DNA of 64,000 nucleotides from an uncultured Chthonomonadaceae bacterium (lineage in GTDB: Bacteria; Armatimonadota; Chthonomonadetes; Chthonomonadales; Chthonomonadaceae): positions 96,001 through 160,000 of the forward strand of contig CAWFQB010000001.1 of assembly GCA_963817895.1 (NCBI GenBank), given 5' to 3'. A model generated the notes under the pieces. The model ran no database searches. It was not told where the DNA came from and worked only from the letters and a program-made list of their open reading frames with translations. Every line of letters begins with the position of its first letter. The first letter of the stretch is position 1. The position numbers were made by a program, and so were the translations under genes. Below are positions 19,992 to 28,787 of this stretch, piece by piece.

Positions 19992-21947
19992 ATGGAACAC
20001 CTGTACAATCCCGACCGCATGACGGAAGAAGAGATCAAGCGTACCTTTGTCGCTCGCCAAAAGGTGATTGACGAACTGGTGTCGCTTGTCGAGCGTCAGC
20101 CGCAGGGCGCAGGTGTTCAGCATGTCGTGGTTGTCGCGCCGCGCGGCATGGGCAAAACAACCATGCTGCTGATGACGCAGTTTGCCATTCGGGATCGCGG
20201 TTTGTCTTCCCAATGGCAGACGGTACGGTTTGCCGAAGAATCGTATGGCGTCACATCGCTTGCCGATTTCTGGTTGCAAGCCATCCGCCTGCTGTCCGAG
20301 GAGGCAGGGGAACCGGAACTACAGGCAGAGGCCGAAGAACTGGCGCGGGAGTTCCGCAAGGACGACGAACTTCAAGAAGCGGCTTTTGCCCTGCTCAAAG
20401 ATTGGAGTCGGCAGCGCGGCAAGCGTCTCGCGCTGCTGGTAGACAACTTCGACATGATTCTTTCCCAAATCAACGATGAGCAGGAAAACGCGCGACTGCG
20501 CAACATCCTGATGAACGACGGCACGATCATGCTTATCGGCGGCGCGACAACGTTCTTCCGCGAAGCCCGCGCCTACGACCAACCGCTCTACAATTTTTTC
20601 AAAATCATTCATTTAGATAATTTGGACTTCGAGGAAATGCAAGACCTATTGCGTCACCATGCTCAATGGAACGCAGATACAAACATTGAGGAAGTTATAC
20701 GCGCAAATCCCACACGGTTAAAAGTATTGGAATACTTTACGGGCGGCAATCCGCGCCTTGTTTTAATGCTGTACCGCATCATCAGCAGTTCCGAAGTGGT
20801 AGACGTGAAACGTGGGCTGGAACAATTGCTGGATCAGGTCACGCCCTACTATAAAGCGAAGTTGGAAAGCCTGCCCCCACAACAGCGCAAAATCCTCGAT
20901 CATGTTGCCAAAATCAGCGCAGAAACAGATAAAGGGCTGATGCCTATGGAGATTGCGGATGCCACTCGTCTTGCTCCCAACGTGGTGAGTGTGCAACTTA
21001 AACGCTTGTCTGAACAGGGTTATGTGCGTAGCGCAAATCTACGAGGACGCAATTCCTTCTATACCCTTTCCGAGCCGCTGTATGCTATCTGGCACCAGAT
21101 GCGCTTTGGCCGCAACATTCGCCAAAAAATGCAGTGGCTTGTCAGTTTCCTCAAAGGCTGGTACGATGCAACGGAACTCAGTACAGAAAGCAAACTGTTA
21201 GGAAAGCGGTTTCACGCCTGCTTGAAGTCGGGGCAAGTACGCGAAGCGCGTCAACTTATCGAGCAGAACTTCTATGTTGCAGAAGCAATGAGTGAACCTG
21301 CGCGTACACAAGAAATCAACAGTATTCTTGCCAACTTTCTAGCGCTTAACGAACTGGAAGTAACAAGGTTGGACGTTGTTTCGGAACAGCCGCTTAACCC
21401 TGCGTATGAGCACTCACTGGAACAACATATTCATGGTTTGCCGATTTCTCTTGAGCAAGAAGATATACCTATCGCGCTGGCTTCACATGTCAGGCTTCAA
21501 CGGGCATTCGCGCTAATCGGAGATGAGCAGTATCAACAAGCAAGGGAAGAACTTGACTGCGCCATTGCGCTTGTGGATAAACAAGGTGATTCCCCCTCGC
21601 ATCTCAAATTGATGTACCTTTGCAGGCTGCACACAAACCTGGCTCTGAACGACATACAACAATTGAAACGCGATTGGCGACATTTTTTAATCATTGATAG
21701 TGAAGGTGATGAGTGGCATCCTACGGCGACACAGGCGCTAGTTCAAATTGCGCTCCACGGAGATATTCAGTTGACGCAAGAATTAATTGCAATTTCAGGC
21801 AAGAAACATGCGTTCCTGCCACTTACCTACGCTCTGGATACTATAGTGACAGGCAGTAGAACAGAACTTGAGAAACTGTCACCCGAATTGCGCATTATAG
21901 CGGCAGAATTAGTTGAGCGGCTGGGTTTTGCGCAGGTAGCAGCGTAG
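19992..21947 (+). CDS. STAND-like ATPase with winged HTH and helical/TPR-like C-terminus
   Basis: FVAR, Walker A APRGMGKTT, LLVDNFD, TGGNPR, wHTH (EIADATRLAPNVVSVQLKRLSEQGYV). Confidence 0.85.
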   Translation: MEHLYNPDRMTEEEIKRTFVARQKVIDELVSLVERQPQGAGVQHVVVVAPRGMGKTTMLLMTQFAIRDRGLSSQWQTVRFAEESYGVTSLADFWLQAIRLLSEEAGEPELQAEAEELAREFRKDDELQEAAFALLKDWSRQRGKRLALLVDNFDMILSQINDEQENARLRNILMNDGTIMLIGGATTFFREARAYDQPLYNFFKIIHLDNLDFEEMQDLLRHHAQWNADTNIEEVIRANPTRLKVLEYFTGGNPRLVLMLYRIISSSEVVDVKRGLEQLLDQVTPYYKAKLESLPPQQRKILDHVAKISAETDKGLMPMEIADATRLAPNVVSVQLKRLSEQGYVRSANLRGRNSFYTLSEPLYAIWHQMRFGRNIRQKMQWLVSFLKGWYDATELSTESKLLGKRFHACLKSGQVREARQLIEQNFYVAEAMSEPARTQEINSILANFLALNELEVTRLDVVSEQPLNPAYEHSLEQHIHGLPISLEQEDIPIALASHVRLQRAFALIGDEQYQQAREELDCAIALVDKQGDSPSHLKLMYLCRLHTNLALNDIQQLKRDWRHFLIIDSEGDEWHPTATQALVQIALHGDIQLTQELIAISGKKHAFLPLTYALDTIVTGSRTELEKLSPELRIIAAELVERLGFAQVAA

Positions 21948-21992
21948 CCAATCAGAATTTCGAATCTCTTTTCACGTCTGGTACAATAAACT

Positions 21993-23321
21993 ATGACTAC
22001 TGAAACCAAATCTCATTTTCCTGCTTCAGCGACGAATGGAACCGGCCACCATGCGGTGGATAATATCGCCCTGGAAGACAAAACGATGAAGTGCATCCGG
22101 TGCGGGTTCTGTCTGGATGCCTGCCCGACGTTTCGCCTGACGGGGAAGGAAACCTTCAGCCCGCGCGGTCGCATCTATCTTGTCCGGTCATGGCTTGAGG
22201 GCATTATCAAGTTCGATACCGATGTGGTGGAGGCGTTGGATACCTGTCTGGGCTGCCGCGCCTGTGAAACCGCCTGCCCGTCCGGCGTGGAATACGGCGC
22301 GATACTGGAAGGGGCGAGGACGCATATCGAACAGGATCACCTGCGTCCGCGCCAACAATCCATTGCCCGTCAACAGTTTCTGAACATGCTCACCAATCCC
22401 GGGATGCTGCTCGCTTCCCTGAAAATCGGGGGGGTATTCGGCAAACTGATGGGCGGCAAAATGCCCGGTTTTATGGCGAAACTGCTGACCGGGTCTTCCG
22501 ACGACGCTATCAGCCTGCCGACAACGGGTGGCAAAGTGAAAATACACAACCTGCCGGAACGCAGTCTCGCGACGGGAACCAAACGCCATACGGTCGGCAT
22601 ACTCGCCGGGTGCGTGATGCGCGTCTTGTTCGGCGCAACGAACGAAGCGACGGTTCGCGTGTTGCAGGCCAATGGCTGCGAAGTTGTCGCGCCCAAATTG
22701 GCCGGCTGCTGCGGCGCCCTACATCTGCATACGGGATTCCATGACGACGGACTGGCGCGGGCGCGTGGCCTGATCGACGCTTTCGCCCCCTATTTGGAAG
22801 AAATGGACGCCATCATCATCAATTCCGCCGGGTGCGGTTCCACGATGAAAGAGTACGGCGACCTGTTTCAGAACGACCCCAATTATGCGGAAAAAGCGCG
22901 AATGTTTGCCGCCAAATGCTGCGATGTAAGCGAGTGGCTGATGAAAATCGGGCTTGTGCCGCCCACCAAACCGCTCAACGCGACCGTTTCCTACCACGAC
23001 GCCTGCCACCTCGCGCACGGCCAGAAAATCCGCCTACAGCCGCGCCAACTGTTGCAGCAAATTCCCGGCGTGAAGTATGTGGAACTGGACGAGTCGGATA
23101 CGTGCTGCGGCAGCGCGGGCGTGTATAACATCACCCAACCCCGACTGGCGCGCCGCCTGCTCGACCGCAAAATCGGCAACCTGCGCGAAACGGGCGCAAC
23201 CATCATCGCGACCGGCAACCCCGGCTGTCTCGCGTGGATACAGCAGGGCGCGCAGGAACAGGGCTTGAAACTCCGCATCTGCCATCCCGTCGAACTGCTG
23301 GATGAGGCATACAGGACGTAA
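21993..23321 (+). CDS. glcF: Glycolate oxidase Fe-S subunit-like protein (CCG domains)
   Basis: Two CxxCxxCxxxCP motifs, [32 protein letters not shown]. Confidence 0.85.
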   Translation: MTTETKSHFPASATNGTGHHAVDNIALEDKTMKCIRCGFCLDACPTFRLTGKETFSPRGRIYLVRSWLEGIIKFDTDVVEALDTCLGCRACETACPSGVEYGAILEGARTHIEQDHLRPRQQSIARQQFLNMLTNPGMLLASLKIGGVFGKLMGGKMPGFMAKLLTGSSDDAISLPTTGGKVKIHNLPERSLATGTKRHTVGILAGCVMRVLFGATNEATVRVLQANGCEVVAPKLAGCCGALHLHTGFHDDGLARARGLIDAFAPYLEEMDAIIINSAGCGSTMKEYGDLFQNDPNYAEKARMFAAKCCDVSEWLMKIGLVPPTKPLNATVSYHDACHLAHGQKIRLQPRQLLQQIPGVKYVELDESDTCCGSAGVYNITQPRLARRLLDRKIGNLRETGATIIATGNPGCLAWIQQGAQEQGLKLRICHPVELLDEAYRT

Positions 23322-23337
23322 ATCAGGAGGAGTTTGC

Positions 23338-24636
23338 ATGAACCCACTACCTGATCCGACCTCGCAATGGCGCACCGTGCTTCGGGTTTGCAGCGGCAAC
23401 TTTCTGGAAATGTACGACCTGATGGTGATCGGCTACTATGCAACGCCGATTGCCCATACGTTCTTTCCAACCGGCAGCGCGTTCGCGTCGCTGATGCTGA
23501 CGCTGATGACGTTTGGGGCCGGGTATCTCATGCGTCCGCTCGGCGCGATTGTCCTGGGCGCGTACATTGACCGTATCGGGCGGCGCAAGGGGCTGCTGCT
23601 CACGCTCGGCCTGATGTCAGTGGGAACGCTCTCGATTGCCTGTACGCCCGGTTACGCGCAAATCGGCGTACTGGCTCCCCTGCTCGTGCTGCTCGGCAGG
23701 CTTTTGCAGGGCTTTTCCGCCGGGGTGGAGTTGGGCGGCGTGTCCGTGTATCTGTCGGAAATCGCCACGCCCGGACACAAGGGCTTTTATGTCAGTTGGC
23801 AGTCGGCCAGTCAGCAAGTAGCCGTGATTGCCGCCGCGCTGTTCGGCGTCGCGCTCCTCTCCCTGCTGTCGCCCGACGCCATGAACGCCTGGGGCTGGCG
23901 CATCCCGCTGTTAATCGGCTGCCTGCTGATCCCGTTTCTGTTTGTGATTCGCCGCTCGCTTCAAGAAACCCCTCAGTTTCAGGCGCGAACCCATCGCCCC
24001 ACCACGAACGAGATTCTGCGCTCCCTGTCCCGCAACTGGCGTATCGTCCTCATCGGCATGATGCTGGTGATGATGACAACGGTTTCGTTTTACCTGATTA
24101 CCGCGTACACGCCCACATTCGGCAAAACAACGCTGCATCTATCCGAACGCGGCACGATGCTTGTCACCGGCTGCGTGGGCCTGTCCAATTTCCTCTGGCT
24201 GCCAATTATGGGCGCGGTTTCCGACCGTATGGGACGCCGCCCGCTGTTGATTGCCGGCACGGTTCTGACCCTGCTGACCGCGTACCCCGCCCTCCACTGG
24301 CTGGTGGGATCGCCCTCCATAGCCCGCCTGCTGATTGTTGAATTATGGCTGTCGTTCCTGTTTTCCGGTTATAATGGCGCAATGGTCGTGTACCTGACGG
24401 AACTGATCCCGCCCGATGTCCGCGCGTCCGGCTTCGCGCTCGCGTACAGCCTCGCCACTACGTTTGGCGGTTTTACCCCCGCGCTTTGTACCTCGCTCAT
24501 TCACATCACGCACAACCGCGCTGTTCCGGGCGTGTGGCTGTCGTTTGCCGCCGCGTGTGGGCTGATTGCCGCGCTCACATCGCGCCTGTATCTCCCCACG
24601 CTGCCACAAGATAATTCAGAAGTTAGCCGCGAATGA
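23338..24636 (+). CDS. MFS citrate/tricarballylate:H+ symporter (MHS family, CitA/TcuC-like)
   Basis: [40 protein letters not shown]; about 12 hydrophobic segments. Confidence 0.9.
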   Translation: MNPLPDPTSQWRTVLRVCSGNFLEMYDLMVIGYYATPIAHTFFPTGSAFASLMLTLMTFGAGYLMRPLGAIVLGAYIDRIGRRKGLLLTLGLMSVGTLSIACTPGYAQIGVLAPLLVLLGRLLQGFSAGVELGGVSVYLSEIATPGHKGFYVSWQSASQQVAVIAAALFGVALLSLLSPDAMNAWGWRIPLLIGCLLIPFLFVIRRSLQETPQFQARTHRPTTNEILRSLSRNWRIVLIGMMLVMMTTVSFYLITAYTPTFGKTTLHLSERGTMLVTGCVGLSNFLWLPIMGAVSDRMGRRPLLIAGTVLTLLTAYPALHWLVGSPSIARLLIVELWLSFLFSGYNGAMVVYLTELIPPDVRASGFALAYSLATTFGGFTPALCTSLIHITHNRAVPGVWLSFAAACGLIAALTSRLYLPTLPQDNSEVSRE

Positions 24637-24969
24637 ACGCGAATACACGCAAATAACAGAAAACAGAGACAAATCGCTTACACATTGCACACTCTTCGTC
24701 CGCAGGACGGTTGGCCGTAGGCCTATGTAACCGACGTTTTACACGTCGGGACCACGCGATTTTACGAGTTTTAGTCGCCTTGATAGTGACGTTGTGGGCA
24801 AAGGGGCATTTATGAAACGCTGTGTATACGGTGGGATTGTACACTGTGAATGGTTGGGACAAACCGGCGCGCAAAGCCGAGTGGAGCCGGACAAAGTCCG
24901 GCGCAGCGCGTTTATCGCCCCGACTGCTCATCACTGTTTCAGTTTTCCGCGTACAGGAGTGTTCCAATC

Positions 24970-25632
24970 ATGTCTCGCTTCATTATCAAATCGTCTTCTT
25001 TTTCGCGCCCGTTGCGGCGTACCAGTATGCTATGCGCTCTTGCTGTTCTCAGCGTGGTCGGCAGCGCAGCCCTGACCGGATGTAGCAGCGGCAGTTCCAC
25101 AACAACCCCGACAAACGGCACGACAGGCACTACCGGAACAACAGGCACTACCGGAACAACGGGAACGACGGGAACCCCCGCCGCCGGACGCGGGACAATC
25201 AACCTGACGTTTTCCAATCCTTCAGGAACGAACGCTTCCACTTCCGCGTTTCAGTCCAGTCTGGCGTCGGGCGCGTTGGGAGTGGGCGCAGCCAACTTGA
25301 ACAATCTGGGCGTGAGCGGCAGTTCCGTATCGGGCAGCGCGATTCGCTCAATCCTGCTCAATGTGCTGTCCAATGGCCCCGCCGTTGTGGGAACAGCCTA
25401 CCCGTTCAGCGACACCAGCGCTACGACCCTGAGCTACACGGAGTCCTCCACCTCCGGGGGAACGCCGCGCCTGTGGCTGGCGACGGGCGGCAATGTCGTT
25501 GTGGATAGTGTTTCGGGCAAAACCTACAAACTGCGCGTGGTGGATGCCAAAATGACGACCGGCGACGGCAACGACAGCGCCTCAACCGGCTCCTTCACGC
25601 TCAATGGAACCGCCGAAGTCACCGTACCCTGA
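24970..25632 (+). CDS. Ser/Thr/Gly-rich lipoprotein
   Basis: RBS CAGGAG, lipobox ALTGC and a (GTT)n linker encoded by a degenerate 9-bp repeat at about 25117-25176. Confidence 0.75.
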   Translation: MSRFIIKSSSFSRPLRRTSMLCALAVLSVVGSAALTGCSSGSSTTTPTNGTTGTTGTTGTTGTTGTTGTPAAGRGTINLTFSNPSGTNASTSAFQSSLASGALGVGAANLNNLGVSGSSVSGSAIRSILLNVLSNGPAVVGTAYPFSDTSATTLSYTESSTSGGTPRLWLATGGNVVVDSVSGKTYKLRVVDAKMTTGDGNDSASTGSFTLNGTAEVTVP

Positions 25633-25695
25633 ATTGTCTTAAACTAAAGAAAAACGACCACCCTCTGTGTCTCTAGCACAGCGGGTGGTTCGTTT

Positions 25696-26547
25696 TTACG
25701 GCAGTTGCAGCAGTCCGTTTTGCCAATGGGCGGGGGCAATGTCGGCGGTGTGGGTCGCGTCGGGCAGGAATCGCGTGAGTTGATGGGCAAAGGTGGTGGG
25801 ATCGCCGGTCGTGGTCAGCAGGTGGCGGGAAGCCAGAGCGGGCGCGGCCAAATTATGTTCAAAAAAGACGTTTCGCGCGTGAACTACAGTGGCATAAGCG
25901 GGGTCTATAAAGTGAATGGGTTCGGGCGCGAGTTGCCGCAATACGGGCAGCAGGAACGGATAGTGGGTGCAGCCTAAGATAATAGTGTCCACGCCCAATT
26001 TCAGCAGGGGGGCCAGACAGCGCCGCGCAGAGTCAAATGCGGCGGGAGATTGCTCCTGCTCGGACTCGACAAGCGGCACGAATTCGGGGCAGGCCATTTC
26101 CACCACAATGGCGCGGGAATCCAGCGTTTGCAGGGTTCGGGTATACGCGCCGCTGCTCACCGTACCCTGCGTGGCAAGGACTCCGATACGGTGATTTCGC
26201 GTGGCGGATACGGCAGAGCGCGCGCCGGGTTCGATCACGCCTAAAATGGGAATGGTTGGGTTCGCGGCCTGCGCGTAAGACAGTCCGGTTGCCGACGAAA
26301 TATTGCAGGCCATAATGACGGCTTTGCAGCCATACGCGAGAAGCGCGTCGGTAATGCCGCAGGCGAAGCCGCAGACCTGCTTCAGGTCGCGCCCGCCGTA
26401 AGGGACATGCGCTTGATCGGCCACAAACACGATGCGCTCATGCGGCAACTGTTGCTGTATCTGCCGCACAACGGTCAGGCCGCCCAATCCGCTATCGAAC
26501 ACGCCGATGGGCGCGTTGCGGCCCGCCTGGTTGGAGAAAACCGTCAT
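25696..26547 (-). CDS. murI: Glutamate racemase
   Basis: FDSGLGGLTV, MACNISS, LGCTHYP. Confidence 0.95.
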   Translation of the reverse strand: MTVFSNQAGRNAPIGVFDSGLGGLTVVRQIQQQLPHERIVFVADQAHVPYGGRDLKQVCGFACGITDALLAYGCKAVIMACNISSATGLSYAQAANPTIPILGVIEPGARSAVSATRNHRIGVLATQGTVSSGAYTRTLQTLDSRAIVVEMACPEFVPLVESEQEQSPAAFDSARRCLAPLLKLGVDTIILGCTHYPFLLPVLRQLAPEPIHFIDPAYATVVHARNVFFEHNLAAPALASRHLLTTTGDPTTFAHQLTRFLPDATHTADIAPAHWQNGLLQLP

Positions 26548-27107
26548 CGGTCAACACTCCCGGCATTTTGCAGTCCGACAGACTTTTGCGAACTGCCGCC
26601 CGTCGCCGCCCCATCTTTGCCGACCCGCACGGGGATGCTGCGCCAGTCTGCCGCCTGACTCTCGTAATCCTTGCCCTCGACCGTCAGGCGCAGGGTGTCT
26701 ACGGTGGGAAAGTCGGCAAGCGCGGCGCACAACTTCTTTTGCGCCAGCCCCTCCATAGATTCGCCCTTATTCGCCAGTTCGTTGAACTCTTTGCTGACAT
26801 CCACGGACGCGGTTTTATCCTTCAAGTCCACGCTCAACAGATGTGTGCCTTTGGGAAACGGGCTTTTGGCGTCTTCGGCCTCTTTCGCGAACAACGTGGT
26901 CAGCGCGTCTTTGATGGGCGTGGGCGTGGAAGTATTTTGCGGAACGGCATCCGGCTGCGGCGTTGGGGTGGCCGGGGGTGTCGGCGTGTTGGTTACAACT
27001 GCGGGGGGCGCGGGTTCAGAATCGGTCTTCTGGCAGCCCGTACAGCAAACGACACTGCCAAGCGCCAGAAGCAAAGCAAGATTAAGGGATGTTTTCATGT
27101 TGGGCAT
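26544..27107 (-). CDS. GerMN-domain lipoprotein
   Basis: Lipobox CTGC, Pro/Thr linker, SPFPKGTHLLSV...VDVSKEF...FPTVDTLRLTVEG; overlaps the murI start. Confidence 0.8.
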   Translation of the reverse strand: MPNMKTSLNLALLLALGSVVCCTGCQKTDSEPAPPAVVTNTPTPPATPTPQPDAVPQNTSTPTPIKDALTTLFAKEAEDAKSPFPKGTHLLSVDLKDKTASVDVSKEFNELANKGESMEGLAQKKLCAALADFPTVDTLRLTVEGKDYESQAADWRSIPVRVGKDGAATGGSSQKSVGLQNAGSVDR

Positions 27108-27348
27108 GGACTTCTGCTATCACAAGATTGAGGACAAGGGATGCCAAAAACGACATTTCCAATGTAAACAACGGACTCCGGCAGCCATTGGTTTCAAAGA
27201 GAAGTTTCTTATGGCGATAGTATGGCACAGATACGCGCCAAAAGGAACAGCTTCCTGCGCAAACGCCGCAACCTTCACGAACCGCATGTAGGCTCCCGTC
27301 CCTCGATAGTCGGTACGCCCACCTACCAGTACAGCCACACAACTCCTC

Positions 27349-27378
27349 TTGTCAATTCCCTTCCGCCTTTGCTATAAT
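27349..27378 (+). promoter_or_regulatory. Sigma70-type promoter of the toxin-antitoxin operon
   Basis: TTGTCA, 18-bp spacer, TATAAT. Confidence 0.6.
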
Positions 27379-27415
27379 GTTTGTATAACGCATAGAAACT
27401 GCTTTCAGGGAGGAA

Positions 27416-27670
27416 ATGTCAATGCCATCGCAAACCGTAGAAGAACGGCTGGAAGAACTGGAAACGAAAGTAGCGCAACTCCTGGGCAAAGAGCCGAAAA
27501 CAAAGAAACCGGCTTCGTGGCTGGAACAGTGGTTCGGAGCCTTCAAGGACAACCCGGATTTCGACGCCGCGATGGAGGCTGGTGCTGCGTATCGCCGCTC
27601 CCAACCGACCGCAGAAGAAGAGTATGACGCAGCGCGCGCCAACGGGGAAGCCAATGATCCACTTGCTTGA
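27416..27670 (+). CDS. Putative antitoxin
   Basis: 84 aa, RBS GGAGG, overlaps the downstream PIN gene. Confidence 0.75.
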   Translation: MSMPSQTVEERLEELETKVAQLLGKEPKTKKPASWLEQWFGAFKDNPDFDAAMEAGAAYRRSQPTAEEEYDAARANGEANDPLA

Positions 27671-28079
27671 TACCGATCATATCTCCCTCGTTGCCAGAGG
27701 GGGAGCGGAAGGACAACAAATTCTCCGGCGTCTCTCCGCCCTTGATCCCGCCGATATAGGGGTCAGCATAGTCAGTTACGAGGAACAGATGCGTGGGTGG
27801 CTGGCAGAAATTGCCGCCGCGCGAAGTCTTGATACACAAAAGAAGAAATATTCGGAATTAGGGCGCATGTTGGGGTACTACTGCGTCACTCCCCTGTTGC
27901 CCTTTGATGACGCCGCCATTGCCGTATTTCAAAACCTCTGGATACAACGTCTGCGTATCGGCACAATGGATTTGAAAATCGCTTCCATCGCGCTTGCCAC
28001 TGATGCCACTCTCCTGACACGCAACTCATCCGACTTCAACAGGGTTCCCAACCTGCGCATCAAAGACTGGTCCTTCTAA
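27654..28079 (+). CDS. vapC: VapC/PIN-domain toxin
   Basis: LLDTDHIS, SYEE, MDLKIASIAL, LLTRNSSDF. Confidence 0.9.
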   Translation: MIHLLDTDHISLVARGGAEGQQILRRLSALDPADIGVSIVSYEEQMRGWLAEIAAARSLDTQKKKYSELGRMLGYYCVTPLLPFDDAAIAVFQNLWIQRLRIGTMDLKIASIALATDATLLTRNSSDFNRVPNLRIKDWSF

Positions 28080-28424
28080 TGCTGCCTGTTTCTCCTCTTC
28101 TATGGCAGAGTATCCTGTGCAGGTAGCGAAGGCGGTGTTTGTGGAGAAAGTCTGTACCTGCCGCGCCAACACCGACAAAGAGCGCCACACTGCCGTTCTG
28201 CGAACCCTTCTTCATGCGCGAAATGCGTATTGGAGAGGGGTTTTCAATGCTGTCAGGGTGGGCGGGTGGGCAGGTAAACTATCGGGGAAGGGATGAGGCT
28301 TTCATTTTAGCAAAGGCTGTCTGCGAACGCCCCTTGCCCGGAAAATATTGTGAGGCAGGAAGCGGCGTGTTGCGCGTAGAATATTGCAATACAGACAGAA
28401 GACAGCGAGGAATGGGGCAGTTTT

Positions 28425-28787
28425 ATGAGCAAGGAAGAAAAATGGGGCGATTGGGGCAGACTGGAAGCGTTTCGCGTCAAGGTGCAGCATGAATTCGGGC
28501 GCAATCTGGAAAAAGCGACGCCCGCGAATGTGCGCGACTTCATGGACACCTATCAGGACGAATTCTTCGAGTTGTCACCGCGCGGGCGCATCGAACTGAA
28601 TGAGACGAAAACCACGTATGAAGAGATACTCAAAGATTTTTTCATGCGTGTGCTGGAACGCCCCTCGGATGAAGCCCTGATTATGCTATGGCTGATGGCC
28701 TTTGAAATGTCGTTCTTTAATATCGAACAGCACCTTTCGGATCGGCTGCAATCCTTCTTTGGCGATTTTATGGAGGAGAACAGTTGA
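28425..28787 (+). CDS. Hypothetical acidic protein
   Basis: 120-aa ORF translationally coupled to the downstream VWA gene. Confidence 0.7.
   Translation: MSKEEKWGDWGRLEAFRVKVQHEFGRNLEKATPANVRDFMDTYQDEFFELSPRGRIELNETKTTYEEILKDFFMRVLERPSDEALIMLWLMAFEMSFFNIEQHLSDRLQSFFGDFMEENS

Noticed and set aside
24855..24925. GGACAAACC...CGCAAAGCC resembles a c-di-GMP-I riboswitch
   Set aside because: The GNRA-capped P2 stem between these motifs is missing; an Rfam scan would be needed.
25117..25176. Tandem repeat considered as a CRISPR array or special VNTR
   Set aside because: A 9-bp degenerate coding repeat for a Gly-Thr-Thr linker. No repeat-spacer array or cas gene appears anywhere in the window.
27180..27345. 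Possible ncRNA upstream of the GerMN gene
   Set aside because: Only a weak GTAGG/CCTAC stem and no recognisable family motif.
28119..28174. Possible H-type pseudoknot (GCAGGTA/TACCTGC and CGGTGTT/AACACCG)
   Set aside because: Two 7-bp stems with a 15-nt middle loop can arise by chance, and there is no other support.
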